A stretch of 14,321 nt of DNA, taken from assembly GCA_965649115.1 (NCBI GenBank), contig CBFGJN010000048.1, positions 1 to 14,321 on the forward strand. The letters are read 5' to 3'. Shown here in pieces: positions 1 to 7,544 of this stretch. This stretch comes from a candidate division WOR-3 bacterium (GTDB lineage: Bacteria; Hydrothermota; Hydrothermia; LBFQ01; DSFT01). Made by a program: the position numbers and the translations under genes. The stretch's first letter is position 1. The number at the start of each line of letters is the position of its first letter. Under the pieces are notes generated by a model, which was given only the letters and a program-made list of their open reading frames with translations, was not told the origin of the DNA and did no database searches.

Positions 1-127
1 CCCATATTTCGGCTTTGGGGGGCGAAGCCCCCCTAATAATCCCCCCAATAAATCAACAATTTCCTTAAAAATTTTATAAATTATTGATTATCAATCGCTT
101 AACAATAATTATTGGACAAAGCAATTT
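1..127 (-). repeat. Intergenic repeat element copy in reverse orientation, cut by the window edge
   Basis: End motif TTATTGGACAAAGCAATTT (109-127). The reverse complement of 72-120 matches 4339-4387 at 40/49 positions without gaps. Hairpin GGGGGGC-GAA-GCCCCCC (17-33). 1-14 is the reverse complement of AGCCGAAATATGGG. Confidence 0.85.
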
Positions 128-152
128 GCTTTGCCAAATTGTGCTTTCTATC

Positions 153-163
153 CTTTAAAATTT
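153..163 (+). promoter_or_regulatory. CTTTAAAATTT putative -10 element, leaderless nadA start
   Basis: TAAAAT lies 7 nt before ATG 169 and there is no SD. The same 11-mer precedes three other unit-leading genes. Confidence 0.6.
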
Positions 164-168
164 CATAT

Positions 169-1092
169 ATGACTGAACTAAAAAATGAAATTATAGAATT
201 GAAGAAAAAATTAAATGCTATTATATTGGCTCACAATTATCAAATTCCTGATGTTCAAGATATTGCTGATTTTGTTGGAGATAGCTTGGAACTTTCAAGG
301 AAAGCAAGTGAGACAAAAGCAGATATAATTGTTTTTTGTGGTGTTATGTTTATGGCTGAAACTGCTAAGATATTAAATCCAAATAAAAAAGTTTTAATAC
401 CTGATTTAAATGCTGGCTGTTCATTAGCAGAATCAATAAACTTAGAACAATTAAGAGAATGGAAGAAGCAACATCCCAATGCTGTTGTAGTTTGTTATAT
501 AAATACAAGTGCTGATGTAAAAACTGAATGTGATTATTGCTGTACCTCTTCAAATGCTATAAAAGTTATTCAATCAATACCAGAAGATAAAGAAATTTTA
601 TTCTTACCTGATATGTACCTTGGAATGTGGATAAAAAAACAAACAAAAAGAAAAAATATATTTATTTGGCCTGGTGAATGTCATGTTCATGCAGGTTTCA
701 AATATGAAAATTTAGTTCAAAAAATGAAAGAATATCCTGATGCTGAAGTAATGCTTCATCCTGAGTGTGGATGTACTACGCAATGCTTATATCATTCTAA
801 TGGAAACCTGAAAGTTCTTTCAACAAGTGGAATGATTAGAAATGCCAGAGAAAGTCCATATAAAAAATTTATTGTTGTTACAGAAACGGGAATTTTATAT
901 CCTTTAAAAAAAGCTAATCCTGATAAAGAATTTATTCCTGCTGATGAAAACGCTATATGTAAATATATGAAGATGATTACGCTTGAAAAGGTTTATGAAT
1001 CACTTAAAAATTTAAAATATGAAGTAGTTTTAAGTGAAGAAATAATAGAAAAAGCATATGTACCAATCAAAAGAATGCTTGAAATTGTATAA
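169..1092 (+). CDS. nadA: Quinolinate synthase A ([4Fe-4S], NAD biosynthesis)
   Basis: NadA motifs ILAHNYQ, VGDSLELS, FCGVxFMAE, AGCSLA, YINTSA, CTSSNA, GECHVH, HPEC, STSG and CKYMK, including the three cluster-binding Cys. ATG at 169 is preferred over the TTG at 112, which lies inside a repeat end. Confidence 0.96.
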   Translation: MTELKNEIIELKKKLNAIILAHNYQIPDVQDIADFVGDSLELSRKASETKADIIVFCGVMFMAETAKILNPNKKVLIPDLNAGCSLAESINLEQLREWKKQHPNAVVVCYINTSADVKTECDYCCTSSNAIKVIQSIPEDKEILFLPDMYLGMWIKKQTKRKNIFIWPGECHVHAGFKYENLVQKMKEYPDAEVMLHPECGCTTQCLYHSNGNLKVLSTSGMIRNARESPYKKFIVVTETGILYPLKKANPDKEFIPADENAICKYMKMITLEKVYESLKNLKYEVVLSEEIIEKAYVPIKRMLEIV

Positions 1093-1095
1093 ACT

Positions 1096-1857
1096 ATGGA
1101 AGTTTCGTTAAAAGATAAAATTAAAACATTTTTTAAATTAGTAAGAAATAAAAATCAAAATGAAAATTTAAATGAAATTATAAAAAGGCTTGTAGATGCT
1201 ACTCAAAAAAATTTATTAAAAGTATTAAAACCTAAATTGGAAGTTGTTTCTTTAAAGGAGAATATGCTGTTATCAGATGCACTTGAAATTATTAAGAAAT
1301 ATAATTATACGAAATATCCCGTTTTAGGTGAAGATGGTGAATTCATAGGGATATTTTATTTAAGAGACCTTTTAAAAAATTTAGAAAAAATTAATGAACT
1401 AACTGTTAGAAAACTAACAAAGCCTGCCATTTCAATCCCATACAATTACAATATATTACAAGCATTAGAATTTTTAAGAAAAAAAAGAGTTTCTATGGCT
1501 TTTGTAATAGATGAAAATGGCATAATTATAGGAATAATAACAATTGAAGATCTTGTTGAAGAGATAGTAGGAGATATTAAGGGAGAATATGAAGTTTTAG
1601 ATATTATTAAAATTTCAGATAATGAATATAAAATATCAGGAAGTTTATCTTTTGATGAATTTTTAAATTTCATTAAAGAAAATTTTGATGTAGAATTGGA
1701 GATTGAAAGTGATGTTAGTACAGTTGCCGGTTTTGTAATGAATAAGTTAAATAAAATGCCAACAATCGGCGATAAAATAACAATTAAAGACTTTATTATT
1801 GAAGTTATTGAGACTGATGGATATAGAATAAAGTTTTTGAAAATAAGAAAAAAATGA
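1096..1857 (+). CDS. CBS-pair plus CorC/HlyC transporter-associated domain protein (CorC-like, no N-terminal membrane domain)
   Basis: YTKYPV...FIGIFYLRDL, MAFVIDENG..IGIITIEDLVEEIVGDI, and C-terminal TVAGFVMNKLNKMPTIGD...DGYRI. No hydrophobic DUF21 segment. Confidence 0.88.
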   Translation: MEVSLKDKIKTFFKLVRNKNQNENLNEIIKRLVDATQKNLLKVLKPKLEVVSLKENMLLSDALEIIKKYNYTKYPVLGEDGEFIGIFYLRDLLKNLEKINELTVRKLTKPAISIPYNYNILQALEFLRKKRVSMAFVIDENGIIIGIITIEDLVEEIVGDIKGEYEVLDIIKISDNEYKISGSLSFDEFLNFIKENFDVELEIESDVSTVAGFVMNKLNKMPTIGDKITIKDFIIEVIETDGYRIKFLKIRKK

Positions 1858-2867
1858 TAAGTTTTTTAGTTGTTTTTATTCTTTCAGTAATTTTTACGCT
1901 TATAACTATTAGAATTTCCAAAAAATTTAAAATTTATGATTATCCAAATAGTAGAAAAATTCATAAAGAACCAATACCAAGAATTGGAGGTATTGGATTT
2001 TTAATATCAATTTTTATTTCTGCTATTTTCTTAACAGATATATTTGAAAAATTCACTTTATTTACAATTGCTATGTTAATTATAATTTTTGAAGGTTTAT
2101 TAGATGATTTAATAAATTTACATTTTTCACAGAAATTTATTTTTGAATTCTTTTCTGCAAGCTTTATATTTTTATCAGGTTTTGGTGTTAAAACAATTGG
2201 TTTTGATTTTCTATTACATCCTGCAATTTCTTTTGTTATAACGATAATTGGATTTGTTGGAGTTATAAATGCTTTTAATATGATTGATGGGCTTGATGGA
2301 CTTTTAACAATTTTAAGTATAATTATATTTTTAACATTTTCTTATTTTTTCTATATCTCAAATAATTTTGAATTATTAAAGTTTTCTCTATGTATTGTTT
2401 TTTCACTTGTTGGTTTTTTAATTTTTAATTTCCCAAATGCTAAAACATTTATGGGAGATGTTGGTGCTTTGAGTCTTGGATTTTTATCTGCTTCATTTTC
2501 AGTATTTTTAACTCAATCTCAACATTCAATAGTTCCACCAATAATTCCTGTTATTATTCTTTCAATACCTATCTTTGATACGATTTGGACAATAATTAGA
2601 AGAATTTTAAATAAGTATCCTATTTTTTATTCTGACAAAAGGCATCTTCATCACATTTTATATAGTAAATTTGGAAAAATGAAAACAATTATTATTATCA
2701 GTAGCTTACAATTGTTTTTTAGTCTAATTTCAATTTTATTTTATAAATTAAATGAAATTTACTTATGGATAATAGCATTATTCTGTTTTATAATTTTGGG
2801 GGTTCTTGGATATGAAAAGGGTTATTATATATGGTTTTGGAGAGGCAGGTCGGCAAGTAGCAGATGA
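1854..2867 (+). CDS. MraY/WecA-family (Glycos_transf_4) polyprenyl-phosphate N-acetylhexosamine-1-phosphate transferase, WecA/TagO-like
   Basis: Multi-pass hydrophobic protein with RKIHxxPIPRIGG, GLLDD, NAFNMIDGLDGL, FMGDVG and DKRHLHH motifs. ATGA overlap with the upstream gene. Confidence 0.92.
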   Translation: MISFLVVFILSVIFTLITIRISKKFKIYDYPNSRKIHKEPIPRIGGIGFLISIFISAIFLTDIFEKFTLFTIAMLIIIFEGLLDDLINLHFSQKFIFEFFSASFIFLSGFGVKTIGFDFLLHPAISFVITIIGFVGVINAFNMIDGLDGLLTILSIIIFLTFSYFFYISNNFELLKFSLCIVFSLVGFLIFNFPNAKTFMGDVGALSLGFLSASFSVFLTQSQHSIVPPIIPVIILSIPIFDTIWTIIRRILNKYPIFYSDKRHLHHILYSKFGKMKTIIIISSLQLFFSLISILFYKLNEIYLWIIALFCFIILGVLGYEKGYYIWFWRGRSASSR

Positions 2868-4059
2868 TATATTAAGAAAAAATTTATATGAAATTGTTGG
2901 ATTTTTAGATGATGATAAAAACAAATTTAATAGCGTATATAAAAATTTAAAAGTATTGGGAGATATAAATATTTTAGAAAATCTAAAAGAAAAAATTGAT
3001 ATTTTAATTATTGCTATGCCTTCTGCAAGTATTGAGAGAATAAGAGAAATTGAAAAAATAGCTTTTAAAATTGGTATAAAAGATATTAGAATTATTCCGA
3101 AATTCTATGTAAGAGAAGAAAAGGTTTATTTGAGGCATGTTGTTGAAGTTGATATTTTTGAAATTTTTAAGAAGAGGGATGTTGAAATTAATTATGAAAG
3201 CTTAAAGAATTTTTACAAAGGTAAGAGCATATTAATAACGGGTTGTGCAGGTTCTATTGGTTCAAATTTATTAAGAGAAATTTTGAACTTTGATATTAAA
3301 AAAATTGTAGGGTTTGATATTGATGAGACAAGATTATATGAATTAGAAAATGATATAAACGATAATAGATTTGAGATATTTTTAGGTGATATTACAGATG
3401 ATTATTGTTTAAATGAAGTTTTTAAAGAAAGTTTTGATATTGTTTTTCATACAGCAGCTTATAAGCATGTTCCAATACTTGAAAAGTTTCCATATATGGC
3501 AAATAAAGTTAATGTTATTGGAACTAAGAAACTTGTCAATTATTCAAAATTAAAAGGAATAGAAAAATTTATATTTATTTCAACTGATAAGGCAGTAGAA
3601 CCAATTAGTGTTATGGGAAGAACAAAAAAAATAGCAGAAGAATATGTTGTTAATAATGGTTATACTTCTATAAGATTTGGAAATGTTATAAATTCAAGAG
3701 GAAGTTTAATTCCAACAATTTTAAAACAAATTCAAAGGGGTTATGTAAAAATTACAGATGCCAATGCAAAAAGATATTTTATAACACCAAAAGAAGCAAT
3801 ACTTTTAACTTTAAATTCTGCTATTATTTCAAGAGGCGGAGATATTCTTATATTTGATATGGGAGAAGCAATTTCTATTAAAAATTTAATTGAAGAAATT
3901 GTAAGAACACTTGGTTATGAACCTTATAAGGATATAAAGTTTATTTTTACAGGTTTAAGAGAGGGTGAAAAATTAGAAGAAAAGCTTATAAATGATGATG
4001 AAATTATTGAAAGAACAGAAAATCCTTATATTTTTCGTGTTTTAAAAAATAAAAATTAA
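2812..4059 (+). CDS. CapD/PglF/WbpM-like nucleotide-sugar 4,6-dehydratase (polysaccharide biosynthesis protein), soluble form
   Basis: N-terminal IIYGFGEAG...VGFLDDD Rossmann-like domain, then LITGCAGSIGS, FHTAAYKHVP, NVIGT, ISTDKAVEP, MGRTK (MxxxK variant of this subfamily), RFGNV.SRGS and GLREGEKL. ATG at 2812. Confidence 0.92.
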   Translation: MKRVIIYGFGEAGRQVADDILRKNLYEIVGFLDDDKNKFNSVYKNLKVLGDINILENLKEKIDILIIAMPSASIERIREIEKIAFKIGIKDIRIIPKFYVREEKVYLRHVVEVDIFEIFKKRDVEINYESLKNFYKGKSILITGCAGSIGSNLLREILNFDIKKIVGFDIDETRLYELENDINDNRFEIFLGDITDDYCLNEVFKESFDIVFHTAAYKHVPILEKFPYMANKVNVIGTKKLVNYSKLKGIEKFIFISTDKAVEPISVMGRTKKIAEEYVVNNGYTSIRFGNVINSRGSLIPTILKQIQRGYVKITDANAKRYFITPKEAILLTLNSAIISRGGDILIFDMGEAISIKNLIEEIVRTLGYEPYKDIKFIFTGLREGEKLEEKLINDDEIIERTENPYIFRVLKNKN

Positions 4060-4094
4060 AAAGGCTTATTTTCTTTGTTTTGTGCAATGTTTTT

Positions 4095-4590
4095 AAGCCA
4101 AAGGCTTGTTTTCAGGGTGGGTGGGAGAAATATAATAAAATAAATACTTTCGGAATTACTAGACAAAGCGTATTTTCTTTGTAGAAATCATTTATTTTGT
4201 GAGGGGATTTGATAGGGAGTGAAGCCTCAATTTTAGGGTAGGCAGGCAAAATATAGAAATAATTATACTTTTAGAATATGGCGGGTGAGAGATTCTAAAT
4301 CGCCAAATTGTTGCATTAAATTGTTCATTATCAATTGATTTGTCTAGTAAATGATGTTAAGTCATTGGTAATCAATAATTTACAAAAATGGGAATTTTCA
4401 AACCGTAGATTTGGGTCGGATGGGAGAAACATAGAAATAATTATATTTCCAGAATTATTGGACACAGCAATTTATAGAATAGTTTAGTAAAAGGCTTAAT
4501 TATTCCAAAATTTTTAAATTAAAGCATATTATAGAAATCTGTTTAAAACCATTAATTTATTAAGGGGGTAAAACTACACATAGCCGAAAT
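4095..4590 (+). repeat. Cluster of repeat-element copies between convergent genes
   Basis: Right half at 4095-4168 (AAGCC-AAA-GGCTT, AGGGTGGGTGGGAGAAAT, TTACTAGACAAAG). Partial copy at about 4190-4277. Internally shortened copy with both ends at 4339-4466 (TTTGTCTAGTAA...TTATTGGACACA). Fragment at about 4555-4590 (AAGGGGGT...CATAGCCGAAA). Confidence 0.85.
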
Positions 4591-6012
4591 TCATTTTAAA
4601 ATTTTAAGAACGAAGGTTCTTGGTTCATCAGTTTGATATACAATTTGAAACTTATCTTTATATTTCAAAATTGCAGGTAATAAGTACCTTTGAGTTGTTC
4701 CTGTCCAAAAGAAATTATCAAGAATAATATAATCACAATCTTTTATGCTTGAATATACACTATCGGTGTTGTAAGAAAATTTATAGACTTTACCCTTGTT
4801 TCCTGCTATTAAATAAACAAATTCAGGTTTTCTTGAAACGATAATTTTGTCTTTTGGAATATTGTTTTTAATGTAATTGATAGCTTCAAAGAATTTCTGC
4901 CAGTCGGGAGAGTACAAACTATATGGATTTTCATTATATAACAACCATTCATTAAAATTCTGTGGAATTTTTTGAATAAGTGAAGAAAAATTGAAAGCAA
5001 AAATGAAAAAGCAAATTAACTTAAAGATATTTCTATTAAGATAATTTAATGAATTTAATGAGAAGTACAGAATGAATGGTAAAATAGGTAAAATAAATCT
5101 ATCAGATGTCCAAACTTCTGGCCAAGAAAATGCAACTATTAAATAAAGGATTAAGTAGATTTTTACAATTGATAAATTTTTTTCTTTTAAAAATCCAATT
5201 AAAAGTCCAATTAAAATTAAAATTCCAATTATATTTAGTAAAAATTCACTTTCTAAATTTATTATAGATTTTGGAATAATAAATAGGAAATAACTTAAAA
5301 AGTTATTTAAAATTCTAGATAAAAAGTCAAAAATGGAAATATAACCCATTTCAGGATTATAAGCATTTTTATAGAAGAACTCTTGAATGTAAGTTGTTTC
5401 ATTTGGATTCTTGTGAATAATTGTCCAAATTTGCCAGGAAATTACAAAAATTGATGAAATAACCAGACTTAAAATGGATATTTTAAATTTTCTTTTTAGA
5501 ATTAAGTCTAAAATTATTGAAAAAATTATTGAAATTCCAGCATTCCTTATAAGAAATGTGAAACCTGCTAATAAAGATGAAAGAAAGAAATTTTGATTTG
5601 TATAAAAAATTATTGACAATAAGGAAAATAGCAAATAAGACGATTCTGAAAGTAGTTTTGAACTATAATCAATTAGTAAAGGACATACTGATAATGCTAA
5701 AAGAAAATAGAAATTCCTGAAAATTATTGTTAATAGAAAGAAAGATAGAATTGAAGAGATTAGGGGAACAATTTTTAAGTAAATTTCATTAGGTCCAAAA
5801 AATTTATAAAATATAGCTAAAATTAAGGGGAAACCGGGTGGAAAATGTGTATGGTAAGGACTATTAGGTAAATGTAAGCTCAAATAATTATGATATTCAA
5901 CTATTGATTTTGAAAGTATAATATAAACTACATTATCTCCTCCTGTTCCCATTTTAACATCAAAAAGCAAAATACAAAGAATTGTAAAAATGATTAAAGG
6001 TAAGTATATCAA
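4591..6012 (-). CDS. GT-C fold membrane glycosyltransferase (ArnT/PMT-like)
   Basis: First TM helix followed by an acidic loop (GGDN..Y), HFPPGFP, LLSE and DRFILP, about 11-12 hydrophobic segments and a soluble C-terminal domain. Starts at TTG. Substrate cannot be determined. Confidence 0.75.
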   Translation of the reverse strand: MIYLPLIIFTILCILLFDVKMGTGGDNVVYIILSKSIVEYHNYLSLHLPNSPYHTHFPPGFPLILAIFYKFFGPNEIYLKIVPLISSILSFFLLTIIFRNFYFLLALSVCPLLIDYSSKLLSESSYLLFSLLSIIFYTNQNFFLSSLLAGFTFLIRNAGISIIFSIILDLILKRKFKISILSLVISSIFVISWQIWTIIHKNPNETTYIQEFFYKNAYNPEMGYISIFDFLSRILNNFLSYFLFIIPKSIINLESEFLLNIIGILILIGLLIGFLKEKNLSIVKIYLILYLIVAFSWPEVWTSDRFILPILPFILYFSLNSLNYLNRNIFKLICFFIFAFNFSSLIQKIPQNFNEWLLYNENPYSLYSPDWQKFFEAINYIKNNIPKDKIIVSRKPEFVYLIAGNKGKVYKFSYNTDSVYSSIKDCDYIILDNFFWTGTTQRYLLPAILKYKDKFQIVYQTDEPRTFVLKILK

Positions 6013-6018
6013 ACATTT

Positions 6019-6029
6019 AAATTTTAAAG
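6019..6029 (-). promoter_or_regulatory. CTTTAAAATTT putative -10 element of the GT-C gene
   Basis: TAAAAT lies 8 nt before TTG 6012, no SD. Confidence 0.5.
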
Positions 6030-6039
6030 TTCTTTTGTG

Positions 6040-6095
6040 CTTATTTATTTTTCTTTATTAACCTTGATTAAGCCTTTGGCTTATAAAAGCCCATA
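6040..6095 (-). repeat. Degenerate repeat fragment carrying the second hairpin; may act as terminator for the antiporter gene
   Basis: The reverse complement ATGGGCTTTTATAAGCC-AAA-GGCTTAATCAAGGT...AAATAAATAA parallels 7440-7503 (TTGGGTCTTTATAAGGC-GAA-GCCTTGAATACAGGGT...AAATAAATAA). Confidence 0.65.
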
Positions 6096-7267
6096 TTAAA
6101 GCTTTCTATTACTCATTATTCCTATTGCCATTATGAGTGATGTTAAAATTATAACTTGGACAATTACTGATTTATTTACAATATCTGTTTGACTTTCAGG
6201 AGGAATTGATAAATATAAAAGAATCGTAATAAGACCCCTTGGTGCTATAAATAATAATGGTTTATAATCAATAGAAAATAGTTTAAGTTGAATAGCCCTG
6301 ATAATATATATAATAATAACAATAGAAATTGAAATAAAAGAAAAATTAAGAAGTTCTGATGTGCTAATCATATATCCAAAAAGTATAAAAAATAAAGATT
6401 TAGCTAAAAATGTAAATTCAGAGACCAAATCTTTAAACTTAATAATTTCCTCTTCCAATTTTTCAGAAATAAGCTTATTAATAAAGTGAAATTGCCTGAT
6501 AATATATGAATTTTCCATAAGTAAGCCAAATATTAAAATAAGAATAAGCGATGGTAAGTGAAAGAACTTGGAAATAGCATATATTAAAACTATAATTAAA
6601 ATAATGGGTACATACTTTATATGACCTTCTATATTTGCTAATAGAAGTGAAAGAAAAATAGTAAAAATTAAAGCGATAATTATCATAGTAAGAATTTCAA
6701 AGCCAAAAATTATAGTTCCAAGAAAATCCCTAATTTTATAAACAACAATAAAGTTAAAAAACAGTATTCCTAAAATGTCAGAAAAACTACTTTCATATAT
6801 TACAAATTCTCTATAATAAGGTGATAAACCTTTTGAACTAGGTATAGCAATAGAACTACTTATTACACTTAAAGGAATTACATTTATCAAACTTTTTTTC
6901 AAGTGAAAATCCAAAAAATTTATGTATTAAATAGGCAGTAATAATTGAAAAGGTAATGATAGAAATAAAAGAACCAAATAATGCTTTACCTATGAGACCT
7001 ATTTTTGACCTATCTAATTTAAGTTCTAGAGAACCTTCAAGAACAATAAGTATAATTCCTAATGTTCCAAGTATATGTAAAATAATAGAAAAATCAGGAA
7101 AATCAATTTTAAAATAATCAATAATAAGCCTTATGATATATCCTAAAAATAAAAGTAGAATAACACTGGGAATTTTTGTTTTGGAAAATGTTAAATCAAA
7201 TATATAAGCAATAAGAAGTAAAAATAAGAAGTAAAATAGTAATAACTATTAGAACTATGTTTTCCAT
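6096..7267 (-). pseudogene. Cation:proton antiporter (CPA/NhaP-like) interrupted by two frameshifts
   Basis: ATG at 7267 reads MENIVLIVITILLLI. A 13-bp tandem duplication (7210-7235) shifts the frame. The next frame reads AYIFDLTFSKTKIPSVILLLFLG...LGTLGIILIVLEGSLELKL...FGFSLE, and an extra A in an A7 run (6893-6899) shifts it into the listed 6096-6914 ORF (ISSSIAIPS, YESSFSDILG, FFILFG, APRGLITILL). Confidence 0.85.
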
Positions 7268-7272
7268 TTTGA

Positions 7273-7283
7273 AAATTTTAAAG
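7273..7283 (-). promoter_or_regulatory. CTTTAAAATTT putative -10 element of the antiporter pseudogene
   Basis: TAAAAT lies 7 nt before ATG 7267, no SD. Confidence 0.58.
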
Positions 7284-7363
7284 TAAATTTTTAAAATCAA
7301 CTTATGGGCAAATTTGGGCATTTTAAAGTGGGAAAATAGAAAAAAATAAATAATTTCGGAAAG

Positions 7364-7524
7364 CTTTGTCTAATAAGTAATTTAAGTGTTTATTTTATTG
7401 AGGGTTTATTAAGAGGGGGCAAAGCCCCCTTACCGAAAATTGGGTCTTTATAAGGCGAAGCCTTGAATACAGGGTGGGCAGGAAGAATATGAGAAATAAA
7501 TAATTTTTGAATTATTAGACAAAG
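7364..7524 (+). mobile_element. Complete 161-bp MITE-like copy with perfect 13-bp terminal inverted repeats
   Basis: CTTTGTCTAATAA (7364-7376) and TTATTAGACAAAG (7512-7524). Internal hairpins at 7414-7430 and 7452-7464, AGGGTGGG at 7471. No ORF and no clear target-site duplication, so mobility is inferred only. Confidence 0.6.
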
Positions 7525-7544
7525 TATTTTAAAATTGTTTTTTT

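Noticed and set aside
83..95. ATTGAT-T-ATCAAT palindrome as an FNR/CRP-family site
   Set aside because: Half-sites are 1 nt apart rather than the canonical 4, and the sequence is a module of the repeat (also near 4365 and 14021).
112..168. 19-codon N-terminal extension of NadA from TTG 112
   Set aside because: The TTG lies inside the repeat's terminal motif, the extension is not NadA-like, and ATG 169 has the conserved upstream motif.
255..553. Short minus-strand ORFs 255-479 and 365-553
   Set aside because: Antisense to well-supported nadA with no recognisable motifs.
1446..1673. 75-aa minus-strand ORF
   Set aside because: Antisense shadow of the CBS-domain gene.
4279..4305. TGGCGGGTGAGAGATTCTAAATCGCCA resembling a reverse-strand tRNA 3' end or att site
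   Set aside because: The T-loop is non-canonical (TTAGAAT), the T-stem 5' strand and the rest of the cloverleaf are absent, and no integrase is nearby. At most a weak hairpin.
4095..4590. CRISPR array or integron attC array interpretation of the intergenic repeats
   Set aside because: Copies are degenerate, variable in length, dispersed in both orientations and lack regular unique spacers. There is no cas or integrase gene, and the flanking genes are operonic housekeeping genes, not cassettes.
4809..5000. 63-aa ORF in an alternative frame of the GT-C gene
   Set aside because: Fully nested out-of-frame ORF with no motif or initiation signal.
6096..6914. Treating the 272-aa ORF as a complete gene
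   Set aside because: Its TTG start and first residues (MDFHL) are out-of-frame sequence upstream of the A7 frameshift. The true N-terminus lies at 7267 in other frames.
7358..7530. Target-site duplication around the complete repeat copy
   Set aside because: The flanks (GGAAAG on the left, TATTTT on the right) share no direct repeat, so classical DDE insertion is not demonstrated here.
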